NCBI GenBank assembly: GCA_963783375.1
Contig: CAWANH010000029.1
Coordinates: 192,001 to 256,000 of the forward strand
DNA length: 64,000 nucleotides
Reading direction: 5' to 3'
Source: Candidatus Eiseniibacteriota bacterium
Lineage (GTDB): Bacteria; Eisenbacteria; RBG-16-71-46; JABDJR01
Part shown: positions 37,335 to 45,673 of the stretch, one piece after another
Numbering within the stretch: position 1 is the stretch's first letter
Layout of the letters: the number at the start of each line of letters is the position of its first letter
Translations under genes and position numbers: made by a program
The notes under the pieces: model-generated
What the model was told of the DNA's origin: nothing
Databases searched by the model: none
Seen by the model: only the letters and a program-made list of their open reading frames with translations

Positions 37335-39929
37335 ATGATCGGACGCCGGATCGCTCAATACGAGATCCTGGAGCAACTCGGCGCGGGGGGGATGGGCGTG
37401 GTCTACAAGGCGCGGGACACGCGCCTCGATCGCCTGGTGGCGATCAAGTTCATCTCCCCCCGCTGGGGGGGCGATCCCGAGACCCACGCGCGGTTCCTCC
37501 GCGAGGCGCGCGCCGCCTCCGCCCTGGACCATCCCAACATCTGCGCCGTCCATGCCATCGAGGAGACCCCCGAGGGGGAGGTCTACATGGTCATGGCGTA
37601 CTACGAAGGAACCCCGCTCGACCGGCTCATGAGTGCGGGTCCGCTGTCCCTGGGGCGGGCGGTGGGGATCGCCACCCAGGTCGCGGCGGGCCTGGCGCAG
37701 GCTCATCAGAAGGGGGTGGTTCACCGTGACGTGAAGCCCTCCAACATCCTCCTCACCCCCGAGGGCACGGTCAAGATCGTCGACTTCGGCCTGGCCATGA
37801 TCGCCGGGGCCGAGGTCCTCACCCTGAGCGGGACTTCCCTCGGCACTCCCTCCTACATGTCCCCGGAGCAGGCGGCGGGAAAATCCGGCGACCGTCGGGC
37901 CGACGTGTGGGCCCTGGGGGTTCTCCTCCACGCCATGCTCGCGGGCGCTCCTCCCTTCACCGGCGAGAGCATGCAGTCGATCCTCTACGCCGTCCTCACC
38001 GCGGAGCCGCCGCCCCTCACCGGAGCCGGTATCGAGGCGTTCCCGCTGCTGAAGGAGATCCTGGACCGGTGTCTGGTCAAGGACCCGGCCCGGCGCTATC
38101 CCGACGCGGGCGCCGTCCTCGCCGACCTCCGGCGGCTGTCCGCCGAGATCGACCGGCGGGGGCCGGCCGGCGAGGTTCGGTCGGCCGCCCTGAGCGCCGC
38201 GGGAACGGTGGTTCTCGACGGCTCCTCCCGGCCGAGAGCGAACCGCCCGGGCCGGAGGCGGTGGATCATGGGGGCGACCACCCTGCTGGCGATCGCGGCT
38301 CTGGGCTGGGCGAGCCTCCGCATCGCCCAGCGAGGCCCCTCCGAAGCGCTCCGGGTCGCGGTGCCGCTCCCCGCGGTTACCGCCGATCCCGCCGACCCCG
38401 ACACCGCCGCGGTGGCCCAGAGCGTCCGGCTCGCCCTCACCCGCGGGCTCCTCTCCCTGAAGGGGGTGGTCCCCATCGATCCCTCGTCGTACCGGGACCC
38501 CGGCACCACCCCGATCGAGATCGCCCGCACGGTGGGGGCCGACGAGGTTCTGGTCGCCGCGGTGACCGGCTCCGCCCAGGACTGGCGGGTGGTGCTCCGG
38601 CGCATCGACGGAACCACCGGCGGCGACGCCTGGGCCCGGGAATTCACCGTTCCCAAGGACGCCTCGCCGCTTCAGCTTCCCAACGTGGTCCTGGCCCAGT
38701 TCCGAAACGGCTATCCGAAGCTCGAACCCAAGCCGGGGGGAACCGTTCTCGACGTACGGTCGGAGGATTACGACACGTTCCTCCGCATCCAGACCGCGTT
38801 CCATCGTACCGGTGGAGCCGGGGCCGATCCGGCGGACCTGCTGGAGAAGATCGCGGCGGTCGAGAAGTCCTCGCCGGCCTTCCTGGAGGCGTATCTTCTC
38901 GAGGCGGAGATCGCGCGCTACCTCTACGACCTGAACAAGACCCCGGCGATGCTCGATCGCGGAGCCGAGGCCGCGCGCGCCGCGGCCCGGCTCGCTCCCC
39001 AGGATCCCCGCCCGGTGGCCGACCTCTTCGACCTCGCCCTGCGGACGTCCGACCTCGACCGCGCGAAGGCCGAGCTCGACGATCTGGAGAAACTCGATCC
39101 CGGCAATCCCGCGCTCCTCCTCAAGCGCTCGGTCCTGGCCGAGCGGGCGGGGGATTCGGAGCGGGCGTACGCCCTCATGCGACGGGCGACCGCCCGCGCC
39201 CCCTTCCGAGGCTACCTCGAGGCCCAGGCCGAGCTGGAGTACCGGCTGGGGAAGGTCGAGGAGGCCCGGGCCGATCTGGAGCGGATCCTGGGCATGGCCC
39301 CCGGCTATCTCTTCGCCGAATCCAAGCTGGCCCAGATCGAGCTTCTGTACGGCGATCCCCGGCGCGCCGAGATCCTTTACGAGGACCTCGTGAATCGCTC
39401 ACCGGGGAACTCGGCGCGGCATACCAACCTCGGTCTGGCCCGCGAACTCCTGGGCAAGTACGAGGCCGCGGCGGATGAATTCCGGGCCGCCCTCGCCCTG
39501 GCCCCGGGGAATTCCACCATCATGCTCAACCTGGCCGATTCCCAGGCGATGCTTCACCAGGACCGCGCCGCCGACTCCCTCTATGCCCGGGTGATGGTCC
39601 TCGCGGCCCAGGATCCCGATACCTCCAGCGCGGACAACCTCCTGATCCGGGCCCAGTGTCTCGCGCATTTGGGCCGGAGCGAGGCGGCGGTCGCCACCAC
39701 CCAGGAGGCCCTCCGCTCCGCCGCCGACGATTCGGAAGCGCTCTACATCGCCTCCCTGGTCTACGCGGTGGTGGGGGACCGCGCGTCGGCCCTGGTGAAC
39801 GCCCGGAGCGCCCTGGAGAAAGGCGTTCAGGGAAGATGGTTCGGGTTGCCCTTCTTCGATCCGCTCCGCTCCGACCCGGCGTTCCGGGCGCTTCTCGGGA
39901 AGGACTCCGCCGGAGGCGCTATCCCTTGA
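37335..39929 (+). CDS. Hanks-type Ser/Thr kinase with hydrophobic segment and TPR repeats
   Basis: LGAGGMGVVY, VAIK, HRDVKPSN, DFG, GTPSYMSPEQ; C-terminal TPR-like helices. Confidence 0.93.
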   Translation: MIGRRIAQYEILEQLGAGGMGVVYKARDTRLDRLVAIKFISPRWGGDPETHARFLREARAASALDHPNICAVHAIEETPEGEVYMVMAYYEGTPLDRLMSAGPLSLGRAVGIATQVAAGLAQAHQKGVVHRDVKPSNILLTPEGTVKIVDFGLAMIAGAEVLTLSGTSLGTPSYMSPEQAAGKSGDRRADVWALGVLLHAMLAGAPPFTGESMQSILYAVLTAEPPPLTGAGIEAFPLLKEILDRCLVKDPARRYPDAGAVLADLRRLSAEIDRRGPAGEVRSAALSAAGTVVLDGSSRPRANRPGRRRWIMGATTLLAIAALGWASLRIAQRGPSEALRVAVPLPAVTADPADPDTAAVAQSVRLALTRGLLSLKGVVPIDPSSYRDPGTTPIEIARTVGADEVLVAAVTGSAQDWRVVLRRIDGTTGGDAWAREFTVPKDASPLQLPNVVLAQFRNGYPKLEPKPGGTVLDVRSEDYDTFLRIQTAFHRTGGAGADPADLLEKIAAVEKSSPAFLEAYLLEAEIARYLYDLNKTPAMLDRGAEAARAAARLAPQDPRPVADLFDLALRTSDLDRAKAELDDLEKLDPGNPALLLKRSVLAERAGDSERAYALMRRATARAPFRGYLEAQAELEYRLGKVEEARADLERILGMAPGYLFAESKLAQIELLYGDPRRAEILYEDLVNRSPGNSARHTNLGLARELLGKYEAAADEFRAALALAPGNSTIMLNLADSQAMLHQDRAADSLYARVMVLAAQDPDTSSADNLLIRAQCLAHLGRSEAAVATTQEALRSAADDSEALYIASLVYAVVGDRASALVNARSALEKGVQGRWFGLPFFDPLRSDPAFRALLGKDSAGGAIP

Positions 39930-40359
39930 ACGGACCCGAGGAGGGATCGTTCTGGATCTTCGGGTCCCCGAGGAACGGCGCGCCGTTGTAGTTCACCTGA
40001 ATGGTGTATTTGTACTCCTGGGGATCGGCTCCCACCGGGAGGTGATTGTTGTCCAGCACGATCAGGTCCGCGCCCTGCCGGTGGGGCTCGAAGAGTCCAT
40101 GGGGCGGAGACGGACTGAAGCTGATGCCGGACAGACTGGCTCCGGAGGTGCTGTCGGTGGTGAGCGTGAAGGTGATCCTGGCGCTCTGGCCGGCGGGTTG
40201 GGAGGCGATCACCACGTCGCCGCCGTTGGCATCGGGGAAGGTCACCGTGCCCTGGCCGTCGGCATAGGTGAACTTGACCTGGATCGTGGCCTGGTTGACG
40301 CCCCTGCCCGGCGCGCCGGGCAGGTCGCTCTTGAGATGGGGTGCCTGAGGCTTTTCCAT
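39919..40359 (-). CDS. Small beta-rich protein with C-terminal DPKIQNDP (DP-EP-like)
   Basis: AAGGAG RBS, AT-rich upstream promoter patch, non-shadow amino-acid composition. Confidence 0.7.
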   Translation of the reverse strand: MEKPQAPHLKSDLPGAPGRGVNQATIQVKFTYADGQGTVTFPDANGGDVVIASQPAGQSARITFTLTTDSTSGASLSGISFSPSPPHGLFEPHRQGADLIVLDNNHLPVGADPQEYKYTIQVNYNGAPFLGDPKIQNDPSSGPFKG

Positions 40360-40470
40360 GGGGGTCTCCTTCTCGGAACGGGTGGGATCCGGAGGGCGCG
40401 AAGTCGGGGGAAGAGCCTCAAATAGAATAGCACTTGAAATGTCGGAATCGCGTCATTATTGACCGAGGGC

Positions 40471-40511
40471 AAAGAAAACGGCCCCGCCCCCGGACCGGGG
40501 GAGCGGGGCCG
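40471..40511 (-). terminator. Intrinsic terminator after icd
   Basis: CGGCCCCGC..GCGGGGCCG stem followed by TTTTCTTT on the - strand. Confidence 0.75.
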
Positions 40512-40534
40512 ACACGGTCTCGCCGGGCGGGCGG

Positions 40535-41878
40535 CTACATCCGGTCGATGATGGCCTGCCCGAACTCCGAGGACTTGAGCTCCCGGACGTCCTTCCGGCC
40601 CTCGGCCACCATGAGCCGGGCCAGGTCGTAGGTGACCTGCCCGTCGGCGATCGCCTTCTGCATGCCGGAGAGCACCATCTCCGCCGCTTCGTGCCACCCC
40701 ATGTGGTGGAGCATCATCTCCGCGGAGAGAATCAGGGACCCGGGGTTCACCTTGTCCTGGCCGGTGTACTTGGGGGCGGTCCCGTGGGTGGCCTCGAACA
40801 CCGCGACCTCGTCCCCGATATTGGCGCCCGGTCCGAGGCCCAGGCCGCCCACCAGGGCGATGGCCGCGTCGGAGAGGAAGTCCCCGTTCAGGTTCGGCGT
40901 GGCCAGCACGTCGTACTCGCCGGGACGGGTCTGGATCTGCTGGAAGATGGAGTCGGCGATCCGGTCCTTGACCAGGATCTTCCCCGCGGGCATCTTCCCG
41001 CCGAGCTCGTCCCACAGCTTCTTCTCGGTCACCGTCCGGTCCCCGAACTCCTCCGCCGCCACCTCGTAGCCCCACTTGGCGAAGGAACCCTCGGTGAACT
41101 TCATGATGTTCCCCTTGTGGACCAGGGTCACGGTGGGGAGTTGGTTGTCCACCGCCCACTGGAGAGCCTTCCGCACCAGGCGCTTGGACCCGGTCACCGA
41201 GATCGGCTTCACCCCGATCCCGCTGTCCGGACGGATCTGGCGGCCGGTCTTCTCCTTGATGAGCTGGATGATGGCGGTGGCCACTTCGCCCCCGCGCTCG
41301 AAGTCGTGGCCCGCGTAGACGTCCTCGGTGTTCTCCCGGAAGATCACGAAGTTGACGTTCCTCGCGTACTTGTTGGGGGCGGGCACCCCCTCGAAGTACC
41401 GGATGGGGCGGATGCAGGCGTAGAGGTCCATGGCCTGGCGGAGCCCCACGTTGATGGAGCGGAAGCGTTCGGCCACCCCGTCGGACTTTCCGCAGGCGTC
41501 GCAGGTTTCCCCGTGATACTGCTGATGGGCGCAATGGAGGCAGACGTGGGTCTCCTCGCCGATGGGGGTCGTGAACGGCCCCTTGATGGCCACCTTGAGA
41601 TGCTTGATGACGTCCACCGACTCCTGGGGGAGGACCTCTCCGTAGTGATGGAGACCCTCCAGGCCGCAATAGACCGGGCACCATACGATCTCCCGGTCCC
41701 CGCCGTAGGCCTTCTTCACCGCCGCCTCGACCACCTTCTCGGTGACCGGGAAGATGTCGAGCCCGATGCCGTCGCCCCTGAGTTTTCCGATGATGGGACG
41801 GCTTCCCACGTTGAGATTCCCGTCCTGGACGGTGATGAGATCCCCCTCGGGGATGGTGACTTCCTTGAATGTGGGCAT
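40535..41878 (-). CDS. icd: Isocitrate dehydrogenase (homodimeric type) with CxxC..CxxC insertion
   Basis: GDGIG, AIKGPFTTPIG, RSINVGLRQ, FRENTEDVY, VHKGNIMKFTEG, NLNGDFLSD, EATHGTAPKY. Confidence 0.95.
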   Translation of the reverse strand: MPTFKEVTIPEGDLITVQDGNLNVGSRPIIGKLRGDGIGLDIFPVTEKVVEAAVKKAYGGDREIVWCPVYCGLEGLHHYGEVLPQESVDVIKHLKVAIKGPFTTPIGEETHVCLHCAHQQYHGETCDACGKSDGVAERFRSINVGLRQAMDLYACIRPIRYFEGVPAPNKYARNVNFVIFRENTEDVYAGHDFERGGEVATAIIQLIKEKTGRQIRPDSGIGVKPISVTGSKRLVRKALQWAVDNQLPTVTLVHKGNIMKFTEGSFAKWGYEVAAEEFGDRTVTEKKLWDELGGKMPAGKILVKDRIADSIFQQIQTRPGEYDVLATPNLNGDFLSDAAIALVGGLGLGPGANIGDEVAVFEATHGTAPKYTGQDKVNPGSLILSAEMMLHHMGWHEAAEMVLSGMQKAIADGQVTYDLARLMVAEGRKDVRELKSSEFGQAIIDRM

Positions 41879-42014
41879 GATGATCCTCTCCAGATCGAGT
41901 GGGTTGACGACGCCGGGATCCGAATCCATGCGGATCGACCGGCAAGCCCGGGTGAATCCTCTGCGCCGTGTTCGGACGCCCCTAGTGGAGAACCCGGAAA
42001 GTAAAGACCGATTG

Positions 42015-42043
42015 AGTGTGCCGGGCCAGGGGAGCCGCGTCAA
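42015..42043 (-). promoter_or_regulatory. Sigma70-type promoter for icd
   Basis: On the - strand, TTGACG-N17-CACACT. Confidence 0.5.
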
Positions 42044-42139
42044 GCGGCGGAAGCGCCCCATGGCGTTGATAATCAATATCCTGCGAGGCGGGAGCGCCGG
42101 CGCCCGCCCCACCGGCCCGCCCGGTGAGATCCGGTCGCA

Positions 42140-42168
42140 TTGACCCCGCCGGCCCCTATCGCTAGACT
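42140..42168 (+). promoter_or_regulatory. Sigma70-type promoter for nrnA-dnaJ-rsmE
   Basis: TTGACC-N17-TAGACT. Confidence 0.55.
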
Positions 42169-42178
42169 CTTTCGTCCT

Positions 42179-43225
42179 ATGAACGTACCCAACCCATCCT
42201 CTCCCGCGCCGGACTGGGAGGCCATCGCCCGGGCCCTCGACGACCACCACCGGTTCCTCATCACCACCCACGTGAATCCCGACGGGGACGGTCTGGGGGC
42301 GGAGCTGGGTCTCTGGGCCCACCTCCGATCCCGGGGGAAGGACGCCCGGATCCTCAATCCGGATCCGCTCTCCGAGCGGTATGAGTTCCTGGGCGAGGAG
42401 GGGGAGTACGAGGTGTACGACCCGGCCCGCCACGATCCGGCGATCGCGGAGAACGAGGTGGTGATCGTCCTCGACATCTCCCGCTGGGATCGCCTGGGGG
42501 AGCTGGGGGCCCGGCTCCAGGATTCGAAGGCGCTCAAGATCTGCATCGATCACCATCCCTTCGAGGGGAACGGGATGGCCGATCTCTACGCGGTGGACCT
42601 CCAGGCCGCGGCCACCGGCCAGCTGGTCTACGAGATGATCCGCGATCGCGGTCACGCGGTGGACCGGCGAATGGCCACCGGCTTCTACGTCTCGATCCTC
42701 ACCGACACCGGATCCTTCCGCTTCACCAACAGCGACGCCCGGGTGCATCGGGTGGCCGGAGAGCTTCTCGACCGCGGGCTCGATCCGAACGAACTCTACG
42801 AATGCGTGTACGGAAACTCGAGCGTCGCCCGCATCCGTCTCATGGGCCGGGCCCTCGACGGCCTGCGCCTCGAGGCGGAAGGACGGCTCGTCCTGATGGA
42901 GATCCCACGCTCCACCTGGGAGGCGGTGGGGGCGGTCCCCGCGGACACCGAGGGCTTCGTGGACGTGGCCCGTACCGTGCGGGGGAGCGAGGCGGTGGCC
43001 CTGCTCTTCGAGCGCGCGGACGGCATGATCAAGACCAGCCTTCGCTCCCGGGGACGCATGAACGTGAACCGGGTGGCGGCATCGTTCGGGGGGGGAGGGC
43101 ACCGGCTCGCTTCGGGGGCGACGCTTCCGGGCCCCCTCGCCGAGGCCTCGGCGAAGCTGCTTGCCGCGCTCCGGGAGGAGCTGGCGGCCAGCGTCACCCC
43201 GTCCCCCGAAACGAGCCCCCGGTAG
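42179..43225 (+). CDS. nrnA: DHH/DHHA1 phosphoesterase (nanoRNase/pAp phosphatase)
   Basis: [34 protein letters not shown]. Confidence 0.9.
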   Translation: MNVPNPSSPAPDWEAIARALDDHHRFLITTHVNPDGDGLGAELGLWAHLRSRGKDARILNPDPLSERYEFLGEEGEYEVYDPARHDPAIAENEVVIVLDISRWDRLGELGARLQDSKALKICIDHHPFEGNGMADLYAVDLQAAATGQLVYEMIRDRGHAVDRRMATGFYVSILTDTGSFRFTNSDARVHRVAGELLDRGLDPNELYECVYGNSSVARIRLMGRALDGLRLEAEGRLVLMEIPRSTWEAVGAVPADTEGFVDVARTVRGSEAVALLFERADGMIKTSLRSRGRMNVNRVAASFGGGGHRLASGATLPGPLAEASAKLLAALREELAASVTPSPETSPR

Positions 43226-43232
43226 AGCCGCG

Positions 43233-44333
43233 ATGAACCAGCGAGACTACTACATGGTCCTGAGCGTGGACCGTGACGCCACCGCGGTGGAGATCAAGAA
43301 GGCCTACCGGGTCCTGGCCATGAAGTACCATCCGGACCGGAACCCCGGCGATGCCGCCGCCGAAGAGCGCTTCAAGGAAGCGGCGGAGGCCTACGAGGTC
43401 CTGAGCGACGCCGAGAAGCGGAGCCTCTACGACCGCTACGGCCATGCCGGGGTGAAGACGGGAGCGGGAGCCGGATTCTCGGGGGTGGAGTTCGATCTCC
43501 AGGACGCGCTCCGTTCCTTCATGCGCGACTTCGGCGACGCCTTCGGCATGGGGATGGGCTCGGCCCGGAGCGCGGGTCACGATCGGGGCGCGGATCGCCA
43601 GATCGCGCTCAACATGACCCTCCACGAGGTCCTGACCGGGGTGAACCGGAAGCTCAAGGTGAAGCGCGCCGTTCCCTGCGACGCGTGCGGGGCCACCGGG
43701 GGCGAGGGGGGATCCGAGCCCGAGGTCTGCGGCCTCTGCAAGGGGAGCGGCCGCGTCCAGCGGGTCCACCGTTCGTTCCTCGGCCAGTTCGTGAACGTGG
43801 GGGTCTGCCCCCAGTGCAACGGTCGGGGGAAGCGCCAGGAAAAACTCTGCCCGGTGTGCCGCGGAGAGGGTCGGGTGACCGGCGACGTCGAGGTCAACGC
43901 GGAGATCCCGCCGGGAGTGAGCACCGGCGACTACCTCAATCTCCGCGGCCAGGGGGATGTCGGTTTCCAGGGAGGTCCTCCGGGCGATCTCCAGGTCCTG
44001 GTCCAGGTCGAGGAGCTGGCCGGCTTCGAGCGCCACGGCCACGACCTCCTGACCGTGCTCCGGGTGGGGCCCGGCCGGGCGGCCCTGGGCGGGAAGATGA
44101 CCGTCCCCACCCTGGAGGGAACCGCCACCCTCGAGGTGCCGGCGGGGATTCAGCACGGAACGCTCCTCCGGTTGAAGGGAAAAGGGCTCCCCCGCCTCCA
44201 CGGGGGATCCCGGGGGAGCCAGCTGGTGCGGGTGGACGTGGTCGTCCCCGAGAAGCTCGACAGGAAGACCCGAAAGCTCTACCAGGAGCTTCTCCAGATG
44301 GAGGACGACGCGGGCGGGGGGAGGTCCTCGTGA
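43233..44333 (+). CDS. dnaJ: Chaperone DnaJ
   Basis: J-domain HPD, four CxxCxGxG repeats. Confidence 0.96.
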   Translation: MNQRDYYMVLSVDRDATAVEIKKAYRVLAMKYHPDRNPGDAAAEERFKEAAEAYEVLSDAEKRSLYDRYGHAGVKTGAGAGFSGVEFDLQDALRSFMRDFGDAFGMGMGSARSAGHDRGADRQIALNMTLHEVLTGVNRKLKVKRAVPCDACGATGGEGGSEPEVCGLCKGSGRVQRVHRSFLGQFVNVGVCPQCNGRGKRQEKLCPVCRGEGRVTGDVEVNAEIPPGVSTGDYLNLRGQGDVGFQGGPPGDLQVLVQVEELAGFERHGHDLLTVLRVGPGRAALGGKMTVPTLEGTATLEVPAGIQHGTLLRLKGKGLPRLHGGSRGSQLVRVDVVVPEKLDRKTRKLYQELLQMEDDAGGGRSS

Positions 44334-45127
44334 CCAAGCGCGCCCGGGGGCCCCGGAACCCCGCGTCCCTCGTCGACGAACCCGAGCAGGTGCTCTACGC
44401 CGGGACCGCCCCGCTTCCCGGACACCCGATCCGCCTGGAGGGGAGCGAGGCCGAGCACGCGCGCCGAAGCCTGAGGCTTCGCACCGGCGATCCGGTGAGC
44501 CTGGTGGACGGGCGCGGCGGGCGCTACCACGGCCGCATCGTGAACCTGGACAAGCACGGGCTGGAGGTGGAGGTGGCGGCGACCGAGCGCATACCGGCCT
44601 GGCCCGGACGCGCCCTTTGGCTGGGAGCCGGAGTGCTCCGTTCCACCCGCATGGATTTCATCATCGAAAAGGCGAGCGAGCTGGGGGTGACCCGCATGGT
44701 TCCCCTCCTCCTCAAGCGCTGCGTGGCCCGCCCCGCCGAGGAGGGGGCCAAGCACGAGCGATGGCATCGCCTGGCCGTCGAGTCGCTCAAGCAGAGCAAG
44801 CGGGCGAACCTCCTGGAGCTGGCCCCTCCCTCGAGCCTGGACGAGTTCCTGGCCGGGCTCCCCGCGGGGGCGACGGTCTGGGTGGCCGATCCGTCGGGGG
44901 AGACCCCGACCGAGGCCGCGTCGGCGACGGCGGAGGGCCTGCTGGCCCTGGTGGTGGGGCCCGAGGGGGGCCTCTCCGAAGAAGAGCGGGGGCTCCTGGA
45001 GCGGCACGAGGCCCGGTTCGTGGGCCTGGGAGGGCACCGTCTCCGGGCGGAAACCGCTGTGGTTACGTTACTTGCGGCCGCGCTGAGCGCCCTGGGGGAA
45101 TTCGGGCCGGCCCGACCTCGAATTTGA
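44330..45127 (+). CDS. rsmE: 16S rRNA m3U1498 methyltransferase
   Basis: [30 protein letters not shown]. Confidence 0.93.
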   Translation: MTKRARGPRNPASLVDEPEQVLYAGTAPLPGHPIRLEGSEAEHARRSLRLRTGDPVSLVDGRGGRYHGRIVNLDKHGLEVEVAATERIPAWPGRALWLGAGVLRSTRMDFIIEKASELGVTRMVPLLLKRCVARPAEEGAKHERWHRLAVESLKQSKRANLLELAPPSSLDEFLAGLPAGATVWVADPSGETPTEAASATAEGLLALVVGPEGGLSEEERGLLERHEARFVGLGGHRLRAETAVVTLLAAALSALGEFGPARPRI

Positions 45128-45152
45128 CATCAAGGGCCTCTTGCGCTACACT
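45124..45152 (+). promoter_or_regulatory. Near-consensus sigma70 promoter for rpsU
   Basis: TTGACA-N17-TACACT with extended -10-like TG upstream. Confidence 0.7.
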
Positions 45153-45332
45153 TTACGGCGCTGTTGGTGTGCCCAACTGGCGCTTTCCCCACTTTATTGT
45201 CCTGATCCAGCCTCACGGCCCGGGATGACGGGGAACGTGTGCCCGTATCCAGAGAACGTGGAACGCGGTCGAAGGGATCGGCCCAGCCACTTTCTCGAAA
45301 ACACTTTCCAAGAGTTAGGGGTGAGAATCTGA

Positions 45333-45530
45333 ATGGCAGGAATCCGTGTGAAGGAAGGCGAATCCTTCGAAGCGGCGCTTCGGCGCTTCAAGAAGAAGTG
45401 TGAGAAGGCGGGGATCCTCAGCGATCTGCGTCGTCACCAGCACTTCGAGAAGCCGAGCGAACGCCGCAAGCGCAAGGTCGCCGCGGCCCGCCGGAAAATG
45501 CTGAAGCAGCAAGCCCAGCAGATGGCTTAG
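45333..45530 (+). CDS. rpsU: 30S ribosomal protein S21
   Basis: [22 protein letters not shown]. Confidence 0.96.
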   Translation: MAGIRVKEGESFEAALRRFKKKCEKAGILSDLRRHQHFEKPSERRKRKVAAARRKMLKQQAQQMA

Positions 45531-45606
45531 CCGGCGGCGCTATCGAATCGACAACACGGTCCCGGAGGAGTTCGGCGCGAGGCGTGGCTCCCCGGGAATG
45601 AACGGG

Positions 45607-45645
45607 GAACGGAGCCCGGCTCACCGAGCGGGGCTCCGTTCGTTC
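45607..45645 (+). terminator. Hairpin/terminator after rpsU
   Basis: GAACGGAGCCC/GGGCTCCGTTC 11-bp stem, weak U tail. Confidence 0.55.
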
Positions 45646-45673
45646 CTCGGGCGCGGAGCATTTTCCACACTCC

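Noticed and set aside
41879-43102. 855-aa extended IDH
   Set aside because: The extension is antisense to nrnA; an RBS and promoter support a start at 41878
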